63,879 nucleotides of DNA, filler included, from Octopus bimaculoides (GCF_001194135.2; 8 parts of 7 records of this genome joined end to end with filler, not necessarily neighbours in it), one strand, 5' to 3'; shown: positions 37,960 to 49,193, counted from the whole stretch's first letter. The notes: a model not told the origin generated them from the sequence alone. Program-made: numbers and translations.

Positions 37960-38480
37960 TACTTATTTCAGTTGTCAGACTAAGGTCATACTGGGGCACC
38001 ACGTTGTAAGGTTTAGTTGAAATCTATCCCGGTCTTCATATTTAAAGTGTCTCTACGGGGACGTAAACAAAGCAACACCGGTTGTCAGATGGTTGTTGGG
38101 GGGGGGAGGCAAACGCAAACAGAATGGCATACACTCTACCGTTACGCAACCCCACGCGTACACACATTCAAATTCAGCCTCCATATATATAATGATAGAT
38201 AGATAGATAGATAAATACATACATACATGTGTGCATACATACATACATACATACATGTATGAATACATACATACATACATACATACATACATGCATGCAT
38301 GCATGCATGCATACATACATTCATAATACATATATGTACGGCAAGCTTCTTTCAATATCCGTCTACCAAATCCTCTCACAAGACCTTAGCTGGCCTGGGG
38401 TTATAGCAGATAACATTTGCTCAAGGTGCCATGCAGTGGTATTGGCCCCAAGACTACAGATAGGGAAGCGAGCCTGTTAA
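37960..38480 (-). mobile_element. SINE family B with expanded internal (ATAG)/(CATA)n
   Basis: Tail and head motifs of family B flank 38155-38335. Confidence 0.8.
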
Positions 38481-38637
38481 CTTCACAGTCACGCCTGAAC
38501 ATAGTTTCGGGTTCTAAACGTACTCCTTATAGTAGTAATGGTTGTAGTAGTAGTAGTAGCAGCAGCAGCTGCAGCAATAGCAACAGTAATAGTAGTAGTA
38601 GTTGTTAATGTTTTTGCTGCTGTTGTTATCGTCGTCA

Positions 38638-39018
38638 TTATTGCCTCCACCTTCGCGAAGGTATTGTTTCCAGTCGTGTTTATTTCAGTCGTGTTTGTTT
38701 GTTTGTTTGTCCATGGACATGATATCTCAAGAACCCCTGGATAGATTCAGATGAAACTTTCAGGGATGTTTGGCCTCGTGACTGGCACGAACTAATTAGA
38801 TTTTGGGATTGAACCAGTACCGGACAAAGATTCTGGATTATTCTTCCAGATTTTTACTTAATTTTTGAGAGCGGTCGGGTTCATTTTTAGTATTCCCGTT
38901 TGTGAGAGCAGTCGAGTTTATTTCAGATATTCTCATTTTAAAAATCATCTGTGGCAAATCGTTGAGAGGGCGATGGTATTGCCTTGGTGGAGATTTGCGC
39001 TCTCTGAGTGCTCTTGTT
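38638..39018 (+). mobile_element. DINE-1/HINE-like non-autonomous rolling-circle (Helentron-associated) element
   Basis: 5' TTATTGCCTCCACC...AAGG, internal (TTTG)n, 3' subTIR CCTTGGTGGAG (38982-38992), short 3' hairpin GCGCTC-TCT-GAGTGC, and termini in T-rich context. Confidence 0.8.
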
Positions 39019-39219
39019 CTTTATCAATTTCAGTGTAGCCTTAATTCACCGAATCTAAGACCTGTAAAACAAGTACCAGTTATTTATTAATTACACTATA
39101 AGATTTAATACTATTTATAATCAGGATGGGCAACATTTTTCGACAAACGGGCTGCATAGGACATGGATCATCATTAGATAGGCTGAACTTCTAAAAATTA
39201 AAATTAAAAGGGAAAACAA

Positions 39220-39342
39220 CCGGCGGCGTGTTGTGGCCTTGAGCAAGACACTTCATTTCATATTGCTCCGGTTCACTCTAGCAGCAAAACGAGTAATACT
39301 TGTAATTCAAAGGGTCAGCTTTCTCACTTTCTGTACCACGTT
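39220..39342 (+). repeat. 123-bp near-identical copy of 41046-41168 (SINE C interior)
   Basis: One mismatch (GGGTCAG vs GGGCCAG) over 123 bp. Confidence 0.9.
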
Positions 39343-39944
39343 AGGCGCGTCATTTAGAAAATCCCGTGAACTGCAGTTTGCACATGACTGAGTCATACAG
39401 TTGAAATAGTTTGAGTCGTCCAAACGTTGTTGTACAAATATGCTGTAATGTTGGGCCTATTTGGGCAATCTTTATTCATCACTTACCCGCTCACTCACAA
39501 AAGTCAATCAATTAATCGCAATGTCCTCCAGTCACTCAAAAGATGCATCAGTAAGTCACGTAAATCAGTTGTTTTCCCTTTTAATTTTTCGTTATCATTG
39601 TGAAAATATTATTGTTAAGATTAAGACTCGGATGTGATAAATTTGACGGCAATATCAAAGAAAGCGGTGATTTCCAGACACTCCTCCAATGTAAGTAAAC
39701 AGTTTAATAGAAACTACATCACCCAGAGAAGAGGAAATGCAATATTAATGTCACAAAGTAAAACCGTTGACCTCAGAGAATGACGTCATAGTGGAGCGAC
39801 TGGATGAGTAAAAAGCTGGTCAAACTGCCTTGCCGAAATTTGTGTATGTAGTATTAGCTCTAAGACGTTGGATTGGTAGAATCAATAGAGCGTCGGTCAA
39901 ACGCGTTGTGGCAATTAATTATATTTCTTTATTATTATCAACTT

Positions 39945-40372
39945 TATAGTGGCAAAATTGTTAACGGCATTTCTTCCAGCACTTTACGTTCTAAGTTCAA
40001 ACCTCGCCGAGGTCAACTTTGCCAGTTATCCTTTCGCGGTCATATAATATCTACCAGTTGAGTACTGTGGTCAATGTAATCGACTTGTTCCTTCTCCCTA
40101 AAATTGTTGGCACAAGGCAAACAATTTGAAACTATTATGAAACCTTGGGCAAAGGCAGCAAGGTGGCAGAATCTTTAGAGTGTCGAAAGAAATATATTAT
40201 GGTTATTGTTCTGGCATTTTACACTCTGAGTTCAAATCTTGCTGAGGTCAACTTTGCTTTAACCCCTCTGGGGCCAATTAAATGGAATACCAGTCAAGTA
40301 CTTGGATAAATAATATCGACTAACCACTCTCCCCTTCAAAATTTCAGGCCTTGTGCCTGAATCAGAAACCAT
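39945..40372 (+). mobile_element. Two diverged SINE family A copies in tandem
   Basis: GTTCAAACCTCGCCGAGGTCAAC and GAGTTCAAATCTTGCTGAGGTCAAC cores with matching tails. Confidence 0.7.
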
Positions 40373-40657
40373 TATTTATTCAAGGGCAAATAGTGAATTG
40401 GCAGAAACTACAGAGTAAAAGATTTAATATCTTAGGGTATCTGGTTATGTCCCTTTGTGTTCTGCGATCGACATTGCCCTCCTTAATTCATAGCTTGACA
40501 AAATAATTACAAGTGAAATATTACGGGCATAACTGTACGAGGATCGGCTGACTAAGATACTCTCATGGAAGGTAGCCCTTTTTATACAGGTACTTGATGA
40601 CACCACGAAGCTGAATTTTGTTCATTTTCAAGAGAAGTCGCTACTTGTTATTTTTTA

Positions 40658-40706
<49 letters not shown>

Positions 40707-40984
40707 CAGTCAGGTGTCAATTTACCTGGAAAGAAAGAATGCAGTTATTAATAAGTGCTGAAATTAATGCATGCAAGATTTCACAGCTTTTACATCACCC
40801 CTTTATAGTCAACCTATGGAATTTTCATCCCATTTTCATATTCGCAATGGAAATATTCGCAATGGAAATATTGATGTCTTATTTAGAGTTACAAGATGCT
40901 ATACGTTTTAATATAGAAAAACACATCGTTTGAAATGGTTGACAAACCTCACTTGCAATGCCTGTATTGTATTCACGCAAGTGA

Positions 40985-41300
40985 AAGTGCGTGGCTTAGT
41001 GGTTAAAGTATTTACCTCACGATCCTAAGGTCGTGAGTTCAATTCCCGGCGGCGTGTTGTGGCCTTGAGCAAGACACTTCATTTCATATTGCTCCGGTTC
41101 ACTCTAGCAGCAAAACGAGTAATACTTGTAATTCAAAGGGCCAGCTTTCTCACTTTCTGTACCACGTTGAATCTCCCTGAGAACTATGTTAAGGGTACGC
41201 GTGTCTGTTGAGTGCTCAGTTACTTACACGTTAATCTCACGAGCAGGCCGTTCCGTCGATGGGATCAGCTGGAACACTCGTCGTCGTAACCGCTGGAGAG
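40985..41300 (+). mobile_element. tRNA-derived SINE family C, near full length
   Basis: A-box TGGCTTAGTGG, B-box GAGTTCAATTCC, CCTTGAGCAAGACAC, then the family C body. Confidence 0.9.
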
Positions 41301-41439
41301 CCAGTATTCACGCAAAAATTAAAATGTATACCAGCAATTTATATTATTCTTTCCCTACGCAACCAACATGCAAAACATGTAAAATGACTATGTTAGGACG
41401 GCTTTATTGATTTTACAAACTGACATACATTTGTAGAAA

Positions 41440-42235
41440 ATATCTCTATGTGATTAAGAAGTTCACAGTGCAAACACACAGTTCCAGATTTCATACTGCT
41501 GTCGGGCACCGTGGGCAAGTATCTTCTATGAGGTTTAATAAAATGAAATTGTACGAAAGCTGCTGTCGACAACAACTATCTTGGGTCCTTGAATATATCT
41601 GTCGTCTTAGGTTGTCTTCAATGGAGGTTACCCTATTGCTAGCATTTGATCCACGTCTCCTGTCTAGGGATAACTTACTCCCTTTCTCCCATCAGTCCCC
41701 ATCAGTTCTACTGCAGGCACTGAACTTTCAAAAATGTTCAATCAATTAACTATATTACTAGACTGATGCTTACTTTAGACCGGAGATAAATTAAATGAAA
41801 TATAGAAATAGCAGCAAAACCTATCACAAACCACACCCTGCAGTCTGAAATATAGCAACGCATTTTAGGAAATATATATAGTCAGAGGTATACAGATCAC
41901 TGCTAACTATTAACTTATCAACTGGGTCACACGTGTTCTCTGTTCCTTGATTATAACACAGAACAAAGCACATATCTTCTTTTGAGGCAGGAGCTTTCAT
42001 ACGAATCATTGAGGCAATCACTACACGTGTGAATGAGGCAGCCTCAATGATACTGTTCGACATGCTACGAATAACATTAGTATCTATGTGAAATCACTAA
42101 AATTTCTAGATAAACTGAAAAAAAATATTGGGTGGGTGTCTGGCTCAGGGGAAAGTAGCAATGAGAACTTTTACATCATCTGCATGATGAAACGTTAAGA
42201 CCTCGGCAGGATTTTAAACCAGAACGAACTTATGA
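41440..42235. repeat. Local duplication, copy 1 (paralogous to ~44115-44885)
   Basis: Collinear blocks such as CTATTGCTAG..GATCCA, TGAACTTT.AAAAATGTTCAAT and CTCGGCAGGATTTTAAACCAG occur in both copies; the exon-like core is offset by 2629 bp. Confidence 0.85.
41919..42083 (-). pseudogene. Duplicated candidate exon, copy 1 (donor mutated GT>AT)
   Basis: Open frame (D)TNVIRSMSNSIIEAASFTRVVIASMIRMKAPASKEDMCFVLCYNQGTENTCDPV. Acceptors at 42084-85 or 42065-66. The donor position reads ATAAGT. Confidence 0.45.
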
Positions 42236-42589
42236 TTAATTATTGAAATATATTTAGTCCTGTGCTCTGCTATTTCTATCACTTCCTTGTCTTCTCTGTC
42301 AACTTATATATAAAAATGTTTTCACCCGGGGTGATTGATCGGCCCAAGCGATACAAACTGAAAGGACTTTGAGACTGATCCGTTTTGAAGTGTAATAGCC
42401 TATCAGGGATAATCTTTCAGTAGATGCAATATAAAACTATATAATATAGTTTTACACACAAATAAAGTAGTTTTAGGTATATTTAATTCTTTGTTTTCTA
42501 CATGCACCCATCAATTTCAATCTCAACAGAAAAAAAAATATTTTGGTATTTATGGTTACACGCACCAAAACACTTTGTGTCTCAAAAAG

Positions 42590-42975
42590 GTTAAAGAAGA
42601 AAGAGAGTATTCAATACCTAGTAAAGTATACAATACCTGCAGAGATCAACTTCGATTTTCATCCTTTCGGAATCGATAAAGTATAAACCAGTTGAGCACT
42701 AGAGACAATGTAATCTACTTGCTCCCTTTTCTTAAACTTTTTGACCTTGTACCAATAACTTCAAACCATTTTCAACCCTAGGAAAAAGTGGCGAATCGTT
42801 ATGGTCTCGGAAGAAATTGCATTATTGCAATTGTGCAAGTATCTCACATCCTGTGTTCAAATCCTACTAAGGTCAAATCTGCCTTTCATAAAATAGTGGA
42901 GTCAATGCTATCGACAACCGCCCTAACCTGCAAAATTGTTGGTCAGGTGCCTGAATCAAAGATCATTGTTAACCC
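42590..42975 (+). mobile_element. Two old SINE family A copies
   Basis: CATCCTTTCGGAATCGATAAAGT...GACCTTGTACC and GTTCAAATCCTACTAAGGTCAA...GGTGCCTGAATC. Confidence 0.6.
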
Positions 42976-43256
42976 AAGTATAGTGAGCTGGCAGAAACGC
43001 GGGTGTCACAGATTTAAACATCTTAGGGTGTTTAGTTATGACCCTTGAAGATTTCTTGGAAAGGTACATTAATGTGCTAAATTTTAAAATTTTCGATAAA
43101 CTTTAAGTTTTGAATTACTGGCAGCCAAACAAACCAGATCCGTATTTGCTCCAGTTAAGCCGTGTCATCTGACTCTTAACTTCTTCTCTTTGGGAATACC
43201 ATACTGCCTTTCTGACGCCATCTGTAAAAATTCATTTTCTCATTCTCACTTTACTG

Positions 43257-44090
43257 ATGCTTGCAGTCAAGAAAATTTGTCGAAAGTACAGTAGTGATTA
43301 TTTATCGTTTGGATTTATTCCCTCTCCTCAGAACTGTCAGTTACCAATGTTCCTTCTTTGCCATCTGATATTGACCAACGAAGCAATGAAACCTTCACGC
43401 TTGAAGTATCACTTTGATGCAAAGCAGTCTGTCAACTCTGAGAATAATGAGGACCATACTAAACTCTTTCAAAAAATAAATACAAACATTCAACACGCTA
43501 CTCCAGGAAACTAGTAAACAAGAGAATGACGGGTTTAATTACATCGTACAACACTGCATTGCTTGTTGATAAGCCTGGGAAGTTTCACACAATCGGAGAA
43601 ACAATATTTCGCCCAGTTATCGAAGAGGTTTTTTCAACCGTTATACACGAAAAACCCGATGACATTATGAAGAAGATCCCACTTAGTAATAACACAATTT
43701 CTCGACGCATCGATGAAATAGCCAGCGATGTCAAACATCAGCTCATTAATATTCTCCAGCGTTCTGAATTTTCTATACAAGTGGATGAGTCAACTGTTAT
43801 GGACAATTAATGTTTGGTGATGGTATATGTTCGGTATTTCAGCGAAGACCTTCAACCTTGTGAGGAAATGCTGTTCACAGAGAAATTTCCGCTTGATTCA
43901 AGAGGTGCAACTATTTTTCACACTCTCAAGTCTTTCATTTTTGAGCATAATATCCCCCTCAGTAATATTCTTGCCTGTGCGTCTGATGGAGCTCCTTCGA
44001 TGATAGGAAAATACAGAAGTTTTTCTTTTCTAAAACGTGAAATTTTTCACCAGATACTAACTATTCATTCCTTGACACGCCGGCATTATA
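43257..44090 (+). pseudogene. hAT (Buster/Charlie-type) transposase pseudogene, 5' half
   Basis: BED-like RKYSSDYLSFGFI...NEAMKPSRLKYH, then GKFHTIGETI, IPLSNNTISRRIDEIASDV, FSIQVDEST (first catalytic D), CASDGAPSMIG (second D) and TIHSLTRR (degenerate CxxH). One frameshift and one stop (43811-13); truncated before the catalytic E. Confidence 0.95.
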
Positions 44091-44114
44091 TATTGACGTA
44101 CGTTTATATATTTG

Positions 44115-44885
44115 TAGAGGATTGCACAAGCATAACCATATGGTACAGAAGTTCCCATTGCGAAAACAGTTCGAGCTTTTATCCTGTAGCTAAGCACCTT
44201 GGAGAAGTATCTTTTGGGACGCTTTATCAAATGAAATTGTTTGGATGGAAATTATGCGAAAGTCGTGAACAGTATCTATTCTTAAGTGGTTTCGTTTGTC
44301 CGTCGTTCTCGGCTATCTTATTGCTAGAAATAGATCCAGTTCGCCTCTCTGGGAATAACTTATTCCTTTTCTCGCATTATCTATCGTCATCTGTTCTTGC
44401 AGGACCAATAAAACTTCATAGACATTACTCCTTCCCCTCCGATTGAACTTTAAAAAATGTTCAATGAATTAACAATAGAATGAATTAAATATAAATGGGT
44501 ATGTTAGTCACACGAGATACACTCGACTGTTATATCTAGTAACTTACCAACTGGGTCACACGTGTTTTCAGTTCCTTCATTATAACATAGAACAAGACAA
44601 ATAGCTTTTTTTGAGGCAGGACTTTTCATACGAATTACTGAGGCAGTCACTGCACGAGTCAACGAAGCAGTTTCGGCAAGATTGTTCAACATGCTACAAA
44701 TAATAACTATATCTATATCAAATCACTAAAAGTCGTAGATAAGAGTATGAGACGACTATGGGTAGGAGCCTTTATTCTTAGGCGCGCTAGCTCAGGACCA
44801 AATACCAATGAGAACCTTTGCTTATATTTACATTATCTACTTCATGAAATGTTAAACTGTCGGCAGGATTCGAAACCAGTACATG
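44115..44885. repeat. Local duplication, copy 2
   Basis: Collinear with 41440-42235. Confidence 0.85.
44548..44712 (-). CDS. Duplicated candidate coding exon, copy 2 (intact splice sites)
   Basis: Consensus donor TTG|GTAAGT (44542-47) and acceptors at 44713-14 or 44694-95. Open frame (D)IVIICSMLNNLAETASLTRAVTASVIRMKSPASKKAICLVLCYNEGTENTCDPV(G). No indels versus copy 1. Confidence 0.5.
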
Positions 44886-45813
44886 AAGCTTGTCATTAAA
44901 TAGAGAAATTATATCTTGTCCTGCGTTCTCCATCAACTTATCTGTACAAATTGTGGTACACGTGTATACTCAGTACCTGGTAAAGTATACAGGCATTCAT
45001 ATATATATNNNNNNNNNNNNNNNNNNNNNNNNNNNNNNNNNNNNNNNNNNNNNNNNNNNNNNNNNNNNNNNNNNNNNNNNNNNNNNNNNNNNNNNNNNNN
45101 NNNNNNNNNNNNNNNNNNNNNNNNNNNNNNNNNNNNNNNNNNNNNNNNNNNNNNNNNNNNNNNNNNNNNNNNNNNNNNNNNNNNNNNNNNNNNNNNNNNN
45201 NNNNNNNNNNNNNNNNNNNNNNNNNNNNNNNNNNNNNNNNNNNNNNNNNNNNNNNNNNNNNNNNNNNNNNNNNNNNNNNNNNNNNNNNNNNNNNNNNNNN
45301 NNNNNNNNNNNNNNNNNNNNNNNNNNNNNNNNNNNNNNNNNNNNNNNNNNNNNNNNNNNNNNNNNNNNNNNNNNNNNNNNNNNNNNNNNNNNNNNNNNNN
45401 NNNNNNNNNNNNNNNNNNNNNNNNNNNNNNNNNNNNNNNNNNNNNNNNNNNNNNNNNNNNNNNNNNNNNNNNNNNNNNNNNNNNNNNNNNNNNNNNNNNN
45501 NNNNNNNNNNNNNNNNNNNNNNNNNNNNNNNNNNNNNNNNNNNNNNNNNNNNNNNNNNNNNNNNNNNNNNNNNNNNNNNNNNNNNNNNNNNNNNNNNNNN
45601 NNNNNNNNNNNNNNNNNNNNNNNNNNNNNNNNNNNNNNNNNNNNNNNNNNNNNNNNNNNNNNNNNNNNNNNNNATACTTAGATACACACACCCATATATA
45701 TTTATATGTATTTTTTATGTATAACCATACACCCAAACACATATACACACAAACACATATATACACTCACATATGCATCCATATACATATACACACATAC
45801 AGATACACATGCA

Positions 45814-45968
45814 CCCACATAAACGCGCACAGATACACACACACACCCCCATTTACATATATACGCATACATACTCACATACACACATGTTCCCACATAA
45901 ACGCGCACAGATACACACACACACACCCATTTACATATATACGCATACATACTCACATACACACATAC
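45814..45968. repeat. Two-copy ~78-bp minisatellite within CA-rich DNA
   Basis: CCCACATAAACGCGCACAGATACAC... starts at 45814 and 45892. Confidence 0.85.
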
Positions 45969-46536
45969 TCTTGTGGTTGTTTCTGTTATTATTATAATTG
46001 TTGCTGCAATAAAGTATCTTCAATGCATTGATTTTGAGCTCTATCCTTTAAGAGACATGTATACATATATATATACAAAAACTCAACTGTGAGTTTTTGG
46101 CTAAGACTGTTAACAGATACTATATATTTTGTAAAATTTGTTTTATAAAAGTATATATTTAATATATATATATGTATATATATATGTATATGTATATGTA
46201 TATGTATATATATATATATNNNNNNNNNNNNNNNNNNNNNNNNNNNNNNNNNNNNNNNNNNNNNNNNNNNNNNNNNNNNNNNNNNNNNNNNNNNNNNNNN
46301 NNNNNNNNNNNNNNNNNNNNNNNNNNNNNNNNNNNNNNNNNNNNNNNNNNNNNNNNNNNNNNNNNNNNNNNNNNNNNNNNNNNNNNNNNNNNNNNNNNNN
46401 NNNNNNNNNNNNNNNNNNNNNNNNNNNNNNNNNNNNNNNNNNNNNNNNNNNNNNNNNNNNNNNNNNNNNNNNNNNNNNNNCATATACATATACATATACA
46501 TATACATATATATATATATATATAATTAAAACCACT

Positions 46537-46694
46537 AATCTTGAAATTATAGCTACCTAGCGTTTCCCGACCGAAATTATTTATTCCGCCATTTATCAAG
46601 CTGAAAACAAGACGGTCTTGTTTTAAGCTTTATAAATGGCGGAATAAATTATCATTTCGACTAGGAAACGCTGGATAGCTGTAATTGTAAGATT
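46537..46694. mobile_element. ~158-bp foldback/palindromic element (MITE-like)
   Basis: Arms centred on 46614 (AAGAC-G-GTCTT). Inner stem of ~35 bp has 2 mismatches; outer AATCTTGAAATTATAGCTA pairs imperfectly with TAGCTGTAATTGTAAGATT. Confidence 0.75.
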
Positions 46695-46788
46695 TGTGCA
46701 TTTTACATTAAAATTAACTTTACTCTCTTAGACGATCGAGTGTTTTTCTACTTGTTGAAGCATTACCACATAGTATATATATATATAT

Positions 46789-47501
46789 GTCAGGTCAGAT
46801 GTGGGATAATGCGCCGTGCAGCGCGTTGCTGCATTAACGACTCATCGGTCCATTCCTGGCTCACCCCACCCACGGCTGACCCGTCAAACAGAATCACATT
46901 CATACCTCATCTCTGCAACGTACCTCATCATGTGCCGTGACTATGTGGTATGTGGTCGACTGACACGAGCCGTCAACCTACCCGAATCCTCAATGAGGAA
47001 AACACAGCAGAGTCTAAACTCGGAAAATCGAGCAACATTGCCAAACAATATGAGCTGGCGCTTGCCCAAGTCATACGAGTAGCAGGAGACATCTCAGTTT
47101 TTGAGCCCATAGTAACCCATAATCCTGCGAAACGTCTTGTTACCAAAAGAGTTCAGGTTGCTCCTAAGGGCTCCGGACATGTCTAAATCTCACAACTATA
47201 GAGCAGGAAATGGAAAACAAGAGACCTAAAGACCAGAACCTTTGTTCTTTTGCATCGATATCGGCAGTACAAAGCACCCTTGTCCAACGAGTCCGCAATT
47301 GCACCAGCGCATCCAAGTCTCTTTAGGACTCCATACGCTCCTTTCACTGAAAGTGGAAGCAGAACCATTTAGCCGTAGAGACTCTTGCGTTAGAACAAAA
47401 ATGCAGTCTTCTAGGACTCCACCTCATCCCTTTGTTGCGGGTGAGTATGTCGAAGTTTTTGACTGCATCACTTATCTCGGCAGTGAAATTCATAGCAGCA
47501 T

Positions 47502-47505
<4 letters not shown>
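46789..47505 (-). mobile_element. RTE-clade LINE 3' fragment with inverted 5' segment
   Basis: Minus 47340-46789: KRLGCAGAIADSLDKGALYCRYRCKRTKVLVFRSLVFHFLLYSCE...NSFGNKTFRRIMGY...RQLILFGNVARF, ending in a CTGACCTGAC tail. Plus 47340-47505: SLKVEAEP...RTKMQ...AGEYVEVFDCITYLGSEIHSS, the immediately upstream part of the same ORF. Confidence 0.85.
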
Positions 47506-47569
<64 letters not shown>

Positions 47570-47575
<6 letters not shown>

Positions 47576-47912
47576 AAAGCGGTCTATTGCCACTTTTGTA
47601 TCTACCTTTTAAGGACGGTTGTCGCTCTGACAGATATTTTTATATTCCGAAGTCGTCGATAGAATGGTTCTATCTGGCACTGTACGACCCCCAAGTCATA
47701 GTGTTATTATCCTCAAAAGGTTGGATCGATATAAAGCCCACTCAGTATTACAGTATAGTTACTATATCAGCACAAACACAACTATCAACACAGTCTACAC
47801 GTATTCTCGACCTTCCTGATATCCTTTTCTGTCGACCGGCTACTGATCTCTTTATAATGACTGCCTACTACCACTTACTACCGAGAGGGGTGCACAGTTT
47901 CACAATACAACA
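47570..47912. mobile_element. Candidate solo LTR (Gypsy-like)
   Basis: 343-bp unique block bounded by inverted TGTTGTA...TACAACA and embedded in TA-rich repeats. TSD ambiguous (ATATA/GTATA). Confidence 0.45.
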
Positions 47913-48645
47913 GTATATGCATATACATACACACTAATACCGAACAGTGAGAATAAGTGCTTAACACTGCATTGGTGGATAAATATTCTTTATTTGTGGG
48001 TTAAGAAGTCTACTAATAGTTCATCTTGGATGAGAATATACGTGTATTTTCATCGAAAATGGAGACGATTACCAACGTTCCCATGTCGTAGGCTTGATAA
48101 TTGCTGAGAGATTTCTCTACATGAAACTATTGGTAGTCTGGTTAATCCACAAATAATGTGTATATTATATATATATATATATNNNNNNNNNNNNNNNNNN
48201 NNNNNNNNNNNNNNNNNNNNNNNNNNNNNNNNNNNNNNNNNNNNNNNNNNNNNNNNNNNNNNNNNNNNNNNNNNNNNNNNNNNNNNNNNNNNNNNNNNNN
48301 NNNNNNNNNNNNNNNNNNNNNNNNNNNNNNNNNNNNNNNNNNNNNNNNNNNNNNNNNNNNNNNNNNNNNNNNNNNNNNNNNNNNNNNNNNNNNNNNNNNN
48401 NNNNNNNNNNNNNNNNNNNNNNNNNNNNNNNNNNNNNNNNNNNNNNNNNNNNNNNNNNNNNNNNNNNNNNNNNNNNNNNNNNNNNNNNNNNNNNNNNNNN
48501 NNNNNNNNNNNNNNNNNNNNNNNNNNNNNNNNNNNNNNNNNNNNNNNNNNNNNNNNNNNNNNNNNNNNNNNNNNNNNNNNNNNNNNNNNNNNNNNNNNNN
48601 NNNNNNNNNNNNNNNNNNNNNNNNNNNNNNNNNNNNNNNNNNNNN

Positions 48646-48696
<51 letters not shown>

Positions 48697-49149
48697 CACA
48701 CGCATACAAAACACATATTCAGTGTTGTGAGTGCTTTGTCCTTCTTTTAAGTAATTCGTTCAGCTCTAGTTTCTACATTTACTTATCACGATGGCTGCGA
48801 ATGGCATATTTACATATGACATCAGTACGATCCTGGAAAAGCGCTCTGTTACAGTACAAAAGTTTTAACAAGGTGTGTTTAGCTCAGCGAGTTTGTAATG
48901 TACAGTGAGGCAGTGGCCTGCTCACTCAGCGTACGAACGCTGCTTCAGTAATTCAAATGCCTCAAATCGTAAAAGAATACATCAACCATTAAGTGTTCGG
49001 GTAGATATGCTTTTGAGTGTGTTAAAGAGATAGAAGAGATAAAGTTTATAAGATATCGTCGCTATTCACGCCTGTAGTGACTTTTCTCTTTCTAACCACT
49101 AAATTCTGACAAGAGTAGTAGCGTGGGGGTTGATCCTCTTTGAAGGATT

Positions 49150-49193
<44 letters not shown>

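Noticed and set aside
40985-41060. tRNA-like A and B boxes
   Set aside because: They continue directly into a SINE body and lack a complete cloverleaf; not a tRNA gene.
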